The notes beneath the pieces are model-generated. The model was not told where the DNA came from, did no database searches, and saw only the letters and a list, made by a program, of their open reading frames with translations. 64,000 bases of DNA from Burkholderiales bacterium (GTDB taxonomy: Bacteria > Pseudomonadota > Gammaproteobacteria > Burkholderiales > Nitrosomonadaceae), in contig JACKLV010000002.1 of the NCBI GenBank assembly GCA_024235755.1, positions 108,546-172,545 on the forward strand. Reading direction: 5' to 3'. The position numbers and the translations under genes were made by a program. This document shows, in pieces, positions 11,331 to 22,278 of the stretch (the stretch's first letter is position 1; every line of letters starts with the position of its first letter).

Positions 11331-11750
11331 ATGTCAACTAAACCCAGCAAAAAGCTAGAAACATTTCCCAATCCTTTTGTCAAAAAGGATTATCAGATAC
11401 ATATGGAGATACCCGAATTTACGTGTGTATGTCCGAAAACAGGACAGCCTGATTTTGCCACGTTGATTTTGGATTACATTCCGGATAAAAAATGTGTCGA
11501 ACTTAAAAGTCTCAAGTTGTATATCTGGTCATTTCGGGACGAAGCGGCTTTTCATGAAGCTGTGACCAACAAGATACTTGAAGATCTGGTGGATGTGCTA
11601 AAACCGAGATATATTCGTTTGACTGCACGTTTTTTTGTGCGTGGCGGTATATTTACCAATGTCATTGTGGATCATCGCAAGTCGGGTTGGACACCACAAC
11701 CGGTTATATCGCTCTATGAATGTACTGAACAGTCAAATATAAAGAAATGA
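11331..11750 (+). CDS. queF: NADPH-dependent 7-cyano-7-deazaguanine (preQ0) reductase, short unimodular type
   Basis: The QueF motif [17 protein letters not shown] is present in a 139-aa product. Confidence 0.9.
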   Translation: MSTKPSKKLETFPNPFVKKDYQIHMEIPEFTCVCPKTGQPDFATLILDYIPDKKCVELKSLKLYIWSFRDEAAFHEAVTNKILEDLVDVLKPRYIRLTARFFVRGGIFTNVIVDHRKSGWTPQPVISLYECTEQSNIKK

Positions 11751-11758
11751 TTGCTTTG

Positions 11759-11786
11759 GGGAACTTGATTCTCTTCGAATTTCGAA
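11759..11786 (+). promoter_or_regulatory. Candidate sigmaE (ECF)-type promoter upstream of rpoE
   Basis: GGAACTT at 11759-11765 is followed after 15 nt by TCGAA. This compares with the E. coli sigmaE consensus GGAACTT-N15/16-TCAAA. It lies about 245 nt upstream of the rpoE ATG. Confidence 0.3.
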
Positions 11787-12030
11787 TAGTGAATAATCCC
11801 AAATGGTATTGAGATCGCTTATTTTGAACCCATTTAGGATTTTATCGATATGTGCTCAAATATTGGTGGATGATCAATGAACTATTTTGCACAGTTTGTT
11901 GTCTTCAATGAATGTGGCTTACTGGTTTTCGTGATCCTATTGAATAGGTATACTTGATCCCGCTGGTTTTTAATGACAGTCATATTGCATTCAAGCAATT
12001 TTTTAATCTAATGCACAAGGATCAGGTGGG

Positions 12031-12630
12031 ATGGGTGATCGTGAAATCGATCAACAATTAGTGGAACGGGTACAAAATGGCGACAAGCGCGCGTTTGACT
12101 TATTAGTAGCCAAATATCAGCGTAAGTTGACACGTTTGCTGTCCCAATTTATACGGGACCCGGCCGAAGTTGAAGATGTGGTCCAAGAAGCATTTATCAA
12201 GGCGTATAGAGCATTGTCCGCATTTCGGGGGGATAGTGCATTTTATACCTGGTTGTATCGAATAGGCATTAATACTGCTAAGAACTATTTGGTGTCTCAG
12301 AGCAGAAAAACACCGACACTACATGGAATTGATAGCGAAGAAGCTGAGAACTTTGAAGAAGGCGCTGTTTTACGTGAGATGCATACGCCAGAAAGTGAAC
12401 TGATGAGTAAACAAATTGCTCAAACAGTGAATCAGACATTGGAAGAATTGCCAGATGAACTAAGGACTGCAATTATATTGCGAGAAATCGAAGGATTGAG
12501 TTATGAAGACATTGCAAACATTATGGAATGTCCGATAGGTACAGTACGTTCGAGGATTTTTAGAGCGCGTGAAGCAATATCTGAAAAATTACGCCCATTG
12601 CTGGGTACAAGTAAAGACAAGAGGTGGTAA
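12031..12630 (+). CDS. rpoE: ECF sigma factor RpoE/AlgU (sigma-24)
   Basis: Region 2 (FRGDSAFYTWLYRIGINTAKN) and region 4 (LREIEGLSYEDIANIMECPIGTVRSRIFRAR) are present. The gene is followed by rseA and rseB homologs. Confidence 0.9.
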   Translation: MGDREIDQQLVERVQNGDKRAFDLLVAKYQRKLTRLLSQFIRDPAEVEDVVQEAFIKAYRALSAFRGDSAFYTWLYRIGINTAKNYLVSQSRKTPTLHGIDSEEAENFEEGAVLREMHTPESELMSKQIAQTVNQTLEELPDELRTAIILREIEGLSYEDIANIMECPIGTVRSRIFRAREAISEKLRPLLGTSKDKRW

Positions 12631-12631
12631 A

Positions 12632-13246
12632 GTGAAAAATAAAGTATCCGAACTAATGGATGGTGAGCTGGATAGCACAGACGCCAGTAAAATAATCGAG
12701 GCTCTTAAGAAAGAACAGAATTTACATCAGGAGTGGGAAATCTATCATTTAATCGGTGATATATTAAGGCAGCCGGATACTCTGCCAACCAACCTTACTC
12801 AACGTGTCAGACAACAGCTTGATACTGAACCTACAGTACTCAGACCCAATAAGCCCATCCGGGAAAATTCCAAAACAAAAGTTTTTGCATTTGCTACAGC
12901 TGCGTCAGTAGTAGCGATGGTTTCAGCATGGCTTGTTATGAATGATGTTTACCTACAGACGCAGCCAATTGTTGTTGCAGAACAGTCTAACAATCCGGCT
13001 GAAGTCGATAAACCTGCAGCAACGTCGATGCTGGTCAATCATCCTCAAGTTGTACGCCCCTACCAAGCCGCGCATCCTTATTTGAACGCTTCAGCAGAAG
13101 AAATGAGTAATTATCTTTTTTATCATAATTTTCAAAATCATTACAAAGATTCTTCATCTGGACAAGTCATACACAGCGGTCAATCAACCTATATTTATCC
13201 AGTGACCGATTCTCGCGATAATTTCCATAATCAATATGGTAGATGA
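12632..13246 (+). CDS. rseA: Anti-sigma-E factor RseA/MucA (GTG start at 12632)
   Basis: The N-terminus VSELMDGELD...HQEWEIYHLIGDILRQ matches the RseA N-terminal pattern (SALMDGE...W..YHLIRD). It has a central TM segment. The longer ORF start at 12569 would overlap rpoE. Confidence 0.75.
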   Translation: MKNKVSELMDGELDSTDASKIIEALKKEQNLHQEWEIYHLIGDILRQPDTLPTNLTQRVRQQLDTEPTVLRPNKPIRENSKTKVFAFATAASVVAMVSAWLVMNDVYLQTQPIVVAEQSNNPAEVDKPAATSMLVNHPQVVRPYQAAHPYLNASAEEMSNYLFYHNFQNHYKDSSSGQVIHSGQSTYIYPVTDSRDNFHNQYGR

Positions 13247-14226
13247 AAAACCCCACATTACCAGCTTTTTCATTATTATTTCTACTGGTTTTTCAGACTG
13301 CCTACGCTGAAAACCAGTCCCAATCGAGCAAACGTGCATATGACTGGCTGCAAAAGATTGCAGATGCGCCACGTCAGCTTAATTATCAGGGGACATTTGT
13401 ATACTATGCTGATGGTCATATAGAGACCTCTCAGATCACGCATCGGGTTGATCGCGATGATGAGTATGAGAAAATCGAAGTACTGGATGGAATGTCGCGC
13501 ATTGTTTATCGTTATAACGATGAAATGAAGTGCTATATCCCAAATACCAAAAAAATTTATACTGAAAAACGCTGGTATAGAAAGTTTTTTCCTGATTTAT
13601 TGCCCCAATTAACTGCAAGAATCCAAGAAAACTATAAAATAGAGGTCGATAGACAAGAACGTATAGCAGGGCATGATGCACAGCTCATAAAACTTATTCC
13701 AAACGATAACCTGCGGTATGGTCATGAATTCTGGATTGATATTGACAGTGGCTTGCTACTGAAAGCCGTTGTAGTAAATAAAGAAGATATCATTGAACAA
13801 TTTGCTTTCGCCCAGCTGGAGATTGGTGGAAAAGTAGACGAGAATTTGCTCAATCCGGAGTTAATGTCCGCACAGAATTGGGAAAAGGTAGATTTAACGA
13901 CGCTGGTATTGGATGAAGGCGAATTGAAGTGGCAATTGAGAGAGTTGCCGGCCGGTTTTATCAAGATTGCCGAAATGAAGCGAAAGCTTGTAGGTAAGAG
14001 CACTATGGTTGATCATATTGTATTATCCGACGACTTGGCTTCTGTGTCGGTTTTCATTGAACCGATCCAAGCAGATGTGTCATCAACTGTGCCGGGTTTT
14101 TATTCAAGCCGTGGCGCAATTAATATCTATGTACGCGAGTTAATGAATAACAAAATAACGACTGTCGGTGAAGTTCCGCTAAACACGATAAAATTAATTG
14201 GTGACGCTATATTTGTCCGTCAATGA
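13243..14226 (+). CDS. rseB: Sigma-E regulatory protein RseB/MucB
   Basis: It has a signal peptide and is 327 aa long. It makes an ATGA overlap with the rseA stop and holds the conserved operon position. Confidence 0.8.
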   Translation: MKNPTLPAFSLLFLLVFQTAYAENQSQSSKRAYDWLQKIADAPRQLNYQGTFVYYADGHIETSQITHRVDRDDEYEKIEVLDGMSRIVYRYNDEMKCYIPNTKKIYTEKRWYRKFFPDLLPQLTARIQENYKIEVDRQERIAGHDAQLIKLIPNDNLRYGHEFWIDIDSGLLLKAVVVNKEDIIEQFAFAQLEIGGKVDENLLNPELMSAQNWEKVDLTTLVLDEGELKWQLRELPAGFIKIAEMKRKLVGKSTMVDHIVLSDDLASVSVFIEPIQADVSSTVPGFYSSRGAINIYVRELMNNKITTVGEVPLNTIKLIGDAIFVRQ

Positions 14227-14474
14227 ACGGCATAATGTTTTGAATGGACAGAGTTGTTTGTTCCTATTGATAAAGAATTTTCTGTTACTGTTATATTCAA
14301 GTACGCTGAACGGGCGCTTTATTATTCGCAAAGTTATTGAATAATCCTGAGCTTCGTTGAATGACTGATGGTGTGTCGGTGGTGTTTATATAAACCATTA
14401 TAAAAAAATAGACGAAAAAACATCGAGCGCCCGTTTCTTTATAAAAAATTACTTTTGTTATATGTGGTTTAAAA

Positions 14475-15908
14475 ATGATAGGAATATTGAGAACTAAAAT
14501 GGCGCGTTACTTTATAGGGTTGTGGTTAATTGCAACTGCTTCGATTGTTTCAGCTCAAACGAGTGAGTTACCCAATTTTACAGGGCTTGTAGAAAAATAC
14601 GGGGCTACTGTCGTCAATATCAGTACAATTCAGACACAGCAGAATGCAGTAACACAGCTACTACCCGAAATTCCGAATTTGCCAAAGGATTCACCGTTTT
14701 ACGAATTTTTCAGGCGGCATATGGAGCCTTTTTCAGCTCCTAGAAGATCTGAGCCGAGGTCAATGGGATCCGGGTTTATTATTAGCTCCGATGGTTATAT
14801 TCTGACAAACGCGCATGTGGTAGAGTCGGCTGACGAAATTACAGTCAAGCTGAATGACAAACGTGAGTATATCGCTGAAGTGATCGGTACTGACAAAAAA
14901 ACTGATATTGCACTGATAAAAATTGAGGCTGAGAATTTACAAAAAGTAAATCAAGGCGACCCAGAAAAGCTTAAAGTCGGGGAATGGGTTGTTGCAATTG
15001 GTTCTCCGTTTGGTTTTGAAAACAGTGTAACGGCTGGGATCGTAAGCGCAAAAGGACGGTCTTTGGCACAAGAAAATTATGTGCCTTTTATTCAGACTGA
15101 TGTTGCCATTAATCCAGGCAATTCCGGCGGTCCGTTATTCAATATGCATGGAGAAGTAGTCGGCATCAATTCACAGATATACAGTCGAACGGGTGGATTT
15201 ATGGGGTTGTCATTCGCCATACCAATTAATGTCGCAACCGATATAGCAGACCAACTTAAAACTTCCGGAGTCGTCCGGCGCGGAAGAATCGGTGTACTAA
15301 TACAAGAAGTAACCAAGGAATTGGCCGATTCATTTAGTTTATCCGATACCCGTGGCGCATTGGTTGTTTCAGTGGAAAAAAATGGTCCTGCTGATGTTTC
15401 CGGTATTCGGGCGCGTGACATCATTTTGGCGTTTAACGGTGAAGAGGTAGATGCCTCGGCTGATTTGCCGCGGATTGTCGGAAATACAGCGCCTGATTCA
15501 AAGGTAAATGTCAAAATATGGCGGGACGGTTCCATCAAGACTATTCAACTGACAGTGGGAGAGATTCCGAGAGAAGAATCCGATCAGCGTAATGAAAGTA
15601 AACAAAGTCAGAAAACTGACAAGTCCAATCGTCTGGGGCTTGTTTTGAATGAATTGACTGATCAGCAAAAGAAACAGCTGGAGGTTGAGAATGGTTTGCT
15701 GGTGGAAAATATACAACCGGGAATAGCCAGCCAGTCAGGTATACGCGTAGGTGATGTTATTTTAGGATTTAACAGTAAAGATGTTGAAAGTGTAAAACAA
15801 TTCAATAAATTGCTGGATAAAGTGGAAGAGGGGCGCAATATTGCCTTGTTGATTAAACGGGGCGATCTGACAACCTTTATCACTATGAAATTAGATAGTG
15901 ACGAGTGA
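14475..15908 (+). CDS. degP: Periplasmic HtrA/Do-family serine endoprotease (DegP/MucD type) with two PDZ domains
   Basis: It has a signal peptide and the catalytic triad contexts TNAHVV, DIALIKI and GNSGGPLFN. Two PDZ-like segments lie in the C-terminal half. Confidence 0.88.
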   Translation: MIGILRTKMARYFIGLWLIATASIVSAQTSELPNFTGLVEKYGATVVNISTIQTQQNAVTQLLPEIPNLPKDSPFYEFFRRHMEPFSAPRRSEPRSMGSGFIISSDGYILTNAHVVESADEITVKLNDKREYIAEVIGTDKKTDIALIKIEAENLQKVNQGDPEKLKVGEWVVAIGSPFGFENSVTAGIVSAKGRSLAQENYVPFIQTDVAINPGNSGGPLFNMHGEVVGINSQIYSRTGGFMGLSFAIPINVATDIADQLKTSGVVRRGRIGVLIQEVTKELADSFSLSDTRGALVVSVEKNGPADVSGIRARDIILAFNGEEVDASADLPRIVGNTAPDSKVNVKIWRDGSIKTIQLTVGEIPREESDQRNESKQSQKTDKSNRLGLVLNELTDQQKKQLEVENGLLVENIQPGIASQSGIRVGDVILGFNSKDVESVKQFNKLLDKVEEGRNIALLIKRGDLTTFITMKLDSDE

Positions 15909-16185
15909 CCGCGCAGCGATGGTAAAAGTTGATCCGACTGTCGATCTGGTTGTATACGGTCGCGAGGAGTGTCATCTATGCGAGCAAATAATACAGTCGC
16001 TGAAAGCATATCAGGCAAGATGGTCATTTGATTTTCAAGTGATTGATATTGATGCGGATCCTGAGTTGGCAAGCCGGTATAATGACAAGATACCCGTTCT
16101 TATGTCTCTTTCAAGCCAAAAAGAGATTTGCCGTCATTATCTCGATACAGCCGCACTGGATGATTATCTTGCCAATTTTCGATAA
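15898..16185 (+). CDS. Small glutaredoxin/thioredoxin-like protein (DUF836-like) with a CxxC motif
   Basis: The CHLC motif follows a beta-strand (LVVYGREECHLCEQ), and KIPVL is typical of Grx folds. The start is either GTG 15898 or ATG 15919. Confidence 0.55.
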   Translation: MTSDRAAMVKVDPTVDLVVYGREECHLCEQIIQSLKAYQARWSFDFQVIDIDADPELASRYNDKIPVLMSLSSQKEICRHYLDTAALDDYLANFR

Positions 16186-16295
16186 AATGCTGCCTCTTGA
16201 TTCAGATGCTTTCGGTGATTCGGCTATAGAATAGTCAAGAACCAGGTTTCTAATCGTTTAAATTCACAAGTCGGATCATTTCTACTGAAATTCCA

Positions 16296-18092
16296 ATGCA
16301 GCGAATACGTAACTTCTCTATTATTGCCCATATCGATCATGGCAAATCGACACTTGCGGATCGTCTTATTCAATATTGTGGTGGTTTGTCGGAACGTGAG
16401 ATGGAGGATCAGGTTCTTGACTCCATGGATTTGGAGCGGGAAAGAGGCATCACTATCAAGGCGCAGACCGTTGCTTTGCAGTATAAAGCCAGGGATGGAG
16501 AGACTTATCTGCTCAATTTGATTGATACGCCCGGGCATGTCGATTTTTCATATGAGGTTTCACGATCTCTAGCAGCTTGTGAGGGTGCTTTACTGGTAGT
16601 CGATGCCTCACAAGGCGTGGAAGCACAGACGGTCGCTAACTGCTATACAGCAATTGAGCAGGGTGTAGAAGTTGTGCCTGTTCTGAATAAAATTGATTTG
16701 CCTGCGGCTGACCCTGAAAGGGTGATTGAAAATATTGAGGATGTGATCGGTATTGATGCGCAAAATGCTTTGCGGGTCAGTGCTAAAACGGGTATCGGCA
16801 TAGAAGAGGTTTTAGAGGCTGTTGTGAATCGGATTCCAGCGCCTGTTGGTGATCCGGGCGCTCCACTAAAAGCGCTGATCGTCGATTCCTGGTTTGATAA
16901 TTACGTTGGCGTCGTCATTCTGGTTCGTATCATTGACGGTACGCTTAGGCCCGGAGACAAAATTTTACTGATGGCCAGTAAGGTAACGCATTTTTGCGAG
17001 CAAGTAGGTGTGTTTATACCTAAATCGTTGAACCGGGATGTATTGAGTGCGGGTGAGGTCGGTTTTGTAATTTCTGGCATAAAAGAACTCGATGTCGCCA
17101 AAGTAGGCGATACCGTTACACTGGTTAAGAATCCAGCGGAAAAACCTTTGCAGGGTTTTAAAGAAATCAAGCCACAGGTCTTTGCCGGATTATATCCGGT
17201 GGAGTCTAACCAGTATGACGCGTTACGGTCAGCTCTGGAAAAGCTCAGGCTCAACGATTCCTCATTGCAGTTTGAACCGGAAACCTCTCAGGCGTTGGGA
17301 TTCGGATTCCGCTGTGGGTTTCTGGGGTTATTGCATATGGACATTGTGCAAGAACGCCTTGAAAGGGAATATGATATGGATTTGATTACGACAGCACCTA
17401 CGGTTGTCTATCAAATTCTGATGCGCGATGGAACGGTAGTCGAAATCGATAATCCATCAAGAATACCCGACCTGTCGAAAATTGCTGAGATTCGTGAACC
17501 TATTATTACAACGACTATTCTGTTACCTGAGGAATTTGTCGGTGCTGTTATGACACTCTGTGTCAATAAACGCGGTATGCAAAAAAATATGCAGTATATG
17601 GGTAAGCAGGTCATGCTGACTTACGAAATGCCTCTGAATGAGGTCGTTATGGACTTTTTTGATCGGCTAAAATCGACCAGCCGCGGATACGCATCGCTGG
17701 ATTATGAATTTAAGGAATTCCGTGCATCGGATCTGGTCAAGCTGGATGTTTTGATCAATGGGGACAGGGTCGATGCGCTGTCTTTAATCGTTCATCGTAG
17801 CAGCAGTCAACATCGTGGCCGGGAATTAGTGCAAAAAATGAGGCAGCTTATCCCGAGACAGATGTTTGATATAGCTGTGCAGGCAGCAGTTGGTGCGCAT
17901 ATTATTGCTAGAGAAACTGTCAAGGCTTTGCGCAAGAATGTACTCGCGAAATGTTACGGTGGCGATATAACCCGGAAACGCAAATTACTCGAGAAGCAAA
18001 AAGCGGGTAAAAAAAGGATGAAACGTGTTGGTAATGTAGAAATTCCTCAGGAAGCTTTTTTGGCGATTCTGCAGACTGACACTAAATCGTGA
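16296..18092 (+). CDS. lepA: Elongation factor 4 (LepA)
   Basis: It has the motifs [11 protein letters not shown] and DTPGHVDF, the LepA C-terminal domain and a length of 598 aa. Confidence 0.97.
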   Translation: MQRIRNFSIIAHIDHGKSTLADRLIQYCGGLSEREMEDQVLDSMDLERERGITIKAQTVALQYKARDGETYLLNLIDTPGHVDFSYEVSRSLAACEGALLVVDASQGVEAQTVANCYTAIEQGVEVVPVLNKIDLPAADPERVIENIEDVIGIDAQNALRVSAKTGIGIEEVLEAVVNRIPAPVGDPGAPLKALIVDSWFDNYVGVVILVRIIDGTLRPGDKILLMASKVTHFCEQVGVFIPKSLNRDVLSAGEVGFVISGIKELDVAKVGDTVTLVKNPAEKPLQGFKEIKPQVFAGLYPVESNQYDALRSALEKLRLNDSSLQFEPETSQALGFGFRCGFLGLLHMDIVQERLEREYDMDLITTAPTVVYQILMRDGTVVEIDNPSRIPDLSKIAEIREPIITTTILLPEEFVGAVMTLCVNKRGMQKNMQYMGKQVMLTYEMPLNEVVMDFFDRLKSTSRGYASLDYEFKEFRASDLVKLDVLINGDRVDALSLIVHRSSSQHRGRELVQKMRQLIPRQMFDIAVQAAVGAHIIARETVKALRKNVLAKCYGGDITRKRKLLEKQKAGKKRMKRVGNVEIPQEAFLAILQTDTKS

Positions 18093-18227
18093 AAACCGGT
18101 ATTTATCGAATTACAGCTAAGCGTATCTCAAAGGAAATGTGAAAAATGCTGAGCAGGCTGGTTATATATAGATGGTTTCTCAACAACCGGTTAATAACAA
18201 CTCAAAAAATTCAAAAAAGGTAATTAT

Positions 18228-19031
18228 ATGAATTTTCCTTTGATTTTATTTTCCTTGCTGGTGATTACCGGTACTGTCTGGGCACTTGATTATTTCATAT
18301 GGCGCCATAAACGTAAGTCGGATGAGGAAGAGCCCTGGTGGATTGAGTATCCTAAAAGTTTTTTTCCGATCATCTTAATTGTATTTTGTTTACGCTCGTT
18401 TATTATCGAGCCGTTCAAAATACCTTCCGGTTCGATGATTCCAACGCTGGTTGTCGGCGACTTCATTCTGGTCAATAAATATGTTTATGGCATTCGTCTG
18501 CCAGTGATCAATAAAAAAGTAATCGAAATGGATAGTCCCAAAGCGGGAGATGTGCTGGTGTTTCGTTTCCCAGAAGATCATTCTATTGACTATATTAAGC
18601 GTGTTGTCGGTGTTCCGGGAGATGTGGTCACCTACCATAACAAGCAATTGTTTATTAATGATCAAATAGTGGAACAGGCGTATGAAGGGGACTATAAGTA
18701 TGTTGAGCCCGGACTGGGGTACATCTATTCTGAAAAATATACCGAATATCTCGGAGATACCAATCATTCGATTTTGGTGAGCCCTGAAGTAAACGGATTG
18801 CAATACGCCAGTGTGCGTGCATTTCCATTTCGGGAAAACTGTCAATACAGCCGGTCTGGATTTACCTGTAAAGTTCCGTCCGGTAACTACTTTACCTTGG
18901 GCGACAACAGGGATAGCAGTAGTGATAGCCGCTATTGGGGGTTTGTGCCGGAGGAAAATATCGTTGGCAAAGCATTTATGATCTGGTGGAATTTCGGGGA
19001 TTTTGACCGAATCGGCCAGCGTATTCAGTAG
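18228..19031 (+). CDS. lepB: Signal peptidase I
   Basis: The catalytic Ser box SGSMIPTL, the Lys box YIKRVVG and GDNRDSSSDSRYWGFV are present. Confidence 0.93.
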   Translation: MNFPLILFSLLVITGTVWALDYFIWRHKRKSDEEEPWWIEYPKSFFPIILIVFCLRSFIIEPFKIPSGSMIPTLVVGDFILVNKYVYGIRLPVINKKVIEMDSPKAGDVLVFRFPEDHSIDYIKRVVGVPGDVVTYHNKQLFINDQIVEQAYEGDYKYVEPGLGYIYSEKYTEYLGDTNHSILVSPEVNGLQYASVRAFPFRENCQYSRSGFTCKVPSGNYFTLGDNRDSSSDSRYWGFVPEENIVGKAFMIWWNFGDFDRIGQRIQ

Positions 19032-19057
19032 CCGGATGTTATTTCTTGGGAGGAATT

Positions 19058-19429
19058 ATGATTCTGAATGGGCAGCGTGGTAGTCAATACGGTATTAGTT
19101 TAACGGGTATGATGTTTTGGTCGGTTGTGCTGATCTTGGTTGTTCTGCTGGGTATGAAAGTAGCGCCGGTTTATATTGAAAATGCTTCCATCAAGAAAAA
19201 TTTGGCGGCAGTTGCAGGCGACGCCAGTTTACAAAATGCGACTGCCAGTCAAATCAGGCTCGCTTTTTCCAAACGTGCCCAAATTGACGGTATTACAGCT
19301 ATCACTGCAAAAGATATCAAGATTTCCCGGGACAAAGGAAAAAATATCCTGAGTGTTACCTATTCTGAGAAGGTGCCGTTATTTGCCAATGTTTCATTGC
19401 AAATTGATTTTGATACGCAAAGTGACTGA
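19058..19429 (+). CDS. Small membrane-anchored protein, DUF4845-like
   Basis: It has a single N-terminal TM helix and holds the conserved slot between lepB and rnc. ATG 19058 is preferred over TTG 19046. Confidence 0.6.
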   Translation: MILNGQRGSQYGISLTGMMFWSVVLILVVLLGMKVAPVYIENASIKKNLAAVAGDASLQNATASQIRLAFSKRAQIDGITAITAKDIKISRDKGKNILSVTYSEKVPLFANVSLQIDFDTQSD

Positions 19430-19476
19430 GATAGCTGGCAGAAGTGATAAAACCTACGATACGATTGAAATAACGC

Positions 19477-20178
19477 ATGCAAACCGATCGGGAGCTCCAA
19501 GTTGATTTATTTTGTAATCGACTCGGTTATCAATTTACTAGGAATGAATTGCTGCAAGAAGCGTTAACGCACCGCAGTCATAGCGCGATGCATAATGAAC
19601 GCCTGGAGTTTCTGGGTGACAGTGTTTTGAACTGCGCAATTGCGGCGTTAATTTACAAAAAATTTCGTGATATTCCCGAAGGGCAGCTATCTCGTTTACG
19701 TGCGGGTATGGTTAATCAAAAAGCTTTATCCGAAATGGCGATGCACCTGGAAATGGATCAATTGATCCGGCTGGGCGAAGGTGAAGTCAGAAGTGGGGGA
19801 AACCGACGACCCTCAATACTGGCGGATGCGCTGGAAGCTGTTTTCGGTGCAATTTACCTGGACAGCGGTTTTGCACGGGCAGAAGCGGTTATTGCCAGAT
19901 TATATGCCCTTGCGCTTGAGACAATTGATCATTCTACGCACGGAAAAGATTCCAAAACATTGTTGCAGGAGTTGCTGCAGAGCCATAAACTGGAGTTGCC
20001 TACCTATACGGTGATTACAACAACAGGAAAGGCGCATCAACAAAAATTCAGAGTAGAATGTGCAATACCGGAATTCAGTATCCGCACGCAAGGTGAAGGC
20101 TCTAGCCGTCGCAGCGCGGAACAGGCTGCCGCGAAAAAGGCCTACGAGCTGGCGTGTGCGGATGGCGCACTTTCATAG
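19477..20178 (+). CDS. rnc: Ribonuclease III
   Basis: The signature ERLEFLGDSVL and a C-terminal dsRBD are present. Confidence 0.95.
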   Translation: MQTDRELQVDLFCNRLGYQFTRNELLQEALTHRSHSAMHNERLEFLGDSVLNCAIAALIYKKFRDIPEGQLSRLRAGMVNQKALSEMAMHLEMDQLIRLGEGEVRSGGNRRPSILADALEAVFGAIYLDSGFARAEAVIARLYALALETIDHSTHGKDSKTLLQELLQSHKLELPTYTVITTTGKAHQQKFRVECAIPEFSIRTQGEGSSRRSAEQAAAKKAYELACADGALS

Positions 20179-20231
20179 CCATTGACCAGTAGGCAGTTAT
20201 ATAAAAAAGGATATGGTCAACGGTTTCCAGC

Positions 20232-21125
20232 ATGCAGTCTGATATTCAGTTTCGCACCGGCTATGCTGCCATTGTGGGTCGGCCAAACGTTGGTAAATCG
20301 ACGTTGCTCAATAGTCTGATTCGACAAAAAATCAGTATAACATCCAGAAAGGCGCAAACAACGCGTTATCGCATCAACGGGATTTTGACCGACCAGCATT
20401 CGCAGATAATATTTGTGGATACGCCGGGTTTTCAGACGCGGTATAAAAATCGAATGAATACCGTGATGAATAAGGTCGTGGCTCAAAGTGTGCAGGATGT
20501 AGATGTGGTTTTGTTTGTCATCGAAGCACTGCGTTTTGACGAGCAGGACAGACTTGTTCTTGAACTTTTACCCGAAACCGCTCCAGTTATACTGGTCGTT
20601 AATAAAATTGACCAGTTGACTGATAAAAATCGATTGTTGCCGTTTCTTGACGAAATGAGTAGGCAATATGGTTTTTCGGCAATGATACCGGTCAGTGCAG
20701 CCGGTCAGATACAACTCACAAATCTGGTCAATGCTATCCGTCCCTATTTGCCGGCAAATCCGCCATTTTTTGAGGCTGATGAAATAACCGATAGGAACGT
20801 GCGGTTCATTGCGGCTGAATTGATACGCGAGAAATTGTTCCGTTTGATCGGTGATGAAATACCTTATTCCACCAGTGTTATCGTTGATCAATTTGTCGAA
20901 ACGGAAAAGCTGAACACAATTTATGCGACAATCTTGATTGATAAACCTGGTCAGAAAGCCATTATTATAGGTAGAAGTGGCGAGAAACTGAAACTGATCT
21001 CGAGTCAGGCGCGTAAAGAAATGGAAATACTATTCAATAAAAAAGTGTATCTACAGGTATGGGTCAAAGTGCGAAGCGGGTGGGCAAACGATGTCCATGT
21101 CCTGAAGCAGCTTGGTCATGAATAG
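20232..21125 (+). CDS. era: GTPase Era
   Basis: It has [18 protein letters not shown] and a KH domain C-terminus. Confidence 0.95.
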   Translation: MQSDIQFRTGYAAIVGRPNVGKSTLLNSLIRQKISITSRKAQTTRYRINGILTDQHSQIIFVDTPGFQTRYKNRMNTVMNKVVAQSVQDVDVVLFVIEALRFDEQDRLVLELLPETAPVILVVNKIDQLTDKNRLLPFLDEMSRQYGFSAMIPVSAAGQIQLTNLVNAIRPYLPANPPFFEADEITDRNVRFIAAELIREKLFRLIGDEIPYSTSVIVDQFVETEKLNTIYATILIDKPGQKAIIIGRSGEKLKLISSQARKEMEILFNKKVYLQVWVKVRSGWANDVHVLKQLGHE

Positions 21126-21176
21126 TTTTCTATTTAAATGAAAGTTTAATCCAGGCCTTAAGTGGAGAATAAAAAG

Positions 21177-21902
21177 ATGGTAGAACTTGGCGTCAATATA
21201 GATCATGTAGCAACACTCAGGCAGGCACGGGGAACAACCTATCCAAGTCCTGTTGAGGCTGCACGGATTGCTGAATCGGCAGGCGCCGATGCCATTACGC
21301 TGCATTTACGTGAAGATCGTCGCCATATTCAGGATAGTGACGTGGAAGAACTGCGTGCTATGTTAACAACGCGAATGAATCTCGAAAGTGCGATAACTGC
21401 AGAAATGATCGATATTGCGTTGCGTATCAAACCGCAGGATATTTGTCTGGTACCAGAGCGGCGTGAAGAATTGACGACTGAGGGCGGTCTTGATGTTGTC
21501 AGGCATTTTGAGCAGGTAAAACGTGCATGCAATCAATTAAAGGATGCGAGTATACGCGTTTCACTGTTCATAAACGCTGACTTAAATCAGATTGAAGCAG
21601 CAGTGCAGGCGGGTGCGCCGGTAATTGAAATTCATACCGGCAGTTTTGCCGATGCTGTAACTACTGAAGAGCAACTCAGTGAACTGGAAAAGATTAGAAA
21701 TGCAGTTGCCTTCGGCCTTGAACGAAAGTTGAAAGTCAATGCCGGTCACGGTCTGCACTATCAAAATGTGCAGGCTATTGCGGCAATTCCCGGTGTATCG
21801 GAGCTTAATATCGGACATGCAATTATCGGTCAGGCGATTTTTGTGGGTCTTGAGAAGGCGGTCAGGGAGATGAAACGGTTGATTTCTGAGGCGGGAGCGT
21901 GA
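21177..21902 (+). CDS. pdxJ: Pyridoxine 5'-phosphate synthase
   Basis: The motifs [16 protein letters not shown] and HLREDRRHI are present. ATG 21177 is preferred over GTG 21162. Confidence 0.93.
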   Translation: MVELGVNIDHVATLRQARGTTYPSPVEAARIAESAGADAITLHLREDRRHIQDSDVEELRAMLTTRMNLESAITAEMIDIALRIKPQDICLVPERREELTTEGGLDVVRHFEQVKRACNQLKDASIRVSLFINADLNQIEAAVQAGAPVIEIHTGSFADAVTTEEQLSELEKIRNAVAFGLERKLKVNAGHGLHYQNVQAIAAIPGVSELNIGHAIIGQAIFVGLEKAVREMKRLISEAGA

Positions 21903-22276
21903 TTTATGGAATCGGTACCGATCTGGTCGATCCTGCGAGAATTGCGCGCTCCATAACGCGCTACGGCGATAAATTTGCACGCCGCATATTGACCGAACCT
22001 GAATGGCGGGAATATCAAACCAGCAGTAAACCCGTGCTGTTTCTGGCAGGTCGTTTTGCCGCGAAAGAAGCCCTGTCCAAAGCGTTAGGAACCGGCCTGC
22101 GGCATCCGGTCAATCTGGACTTTATTACTGTAACCCACGATACACTCGGCAAACCCTATTTTGAATTTCATCCGGAGCTCTGCCAGTTCATCTGTGAAAA
22201 AGGTATTGTTGGTCACTATCTGTCCATCAGTGATGAATTGAATATTGCTTGCGCATTTGTTGTATTGGAGAAATAG
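21899..22276 (+). CDS. acpS: Holo-ACP synthase
   Basis: It has GIGTDLV and [14 protein letters not shown] in a 125-aa product, and overlaps the pdxJ stop by 4 nt. Confidence 0.9.
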   Translation: MIYGIGTDLVDPARIARSITRYGDKFARRILTEPEWREYQTSSKPVLFLAGRFAAKEALSKALGTGLRHPVNLDFITVTHDTLGKPYFEFHPELCQFICEKGIVGHYLSISDELNIACAFVVLEK

Positions 22277-22278
22277 TT

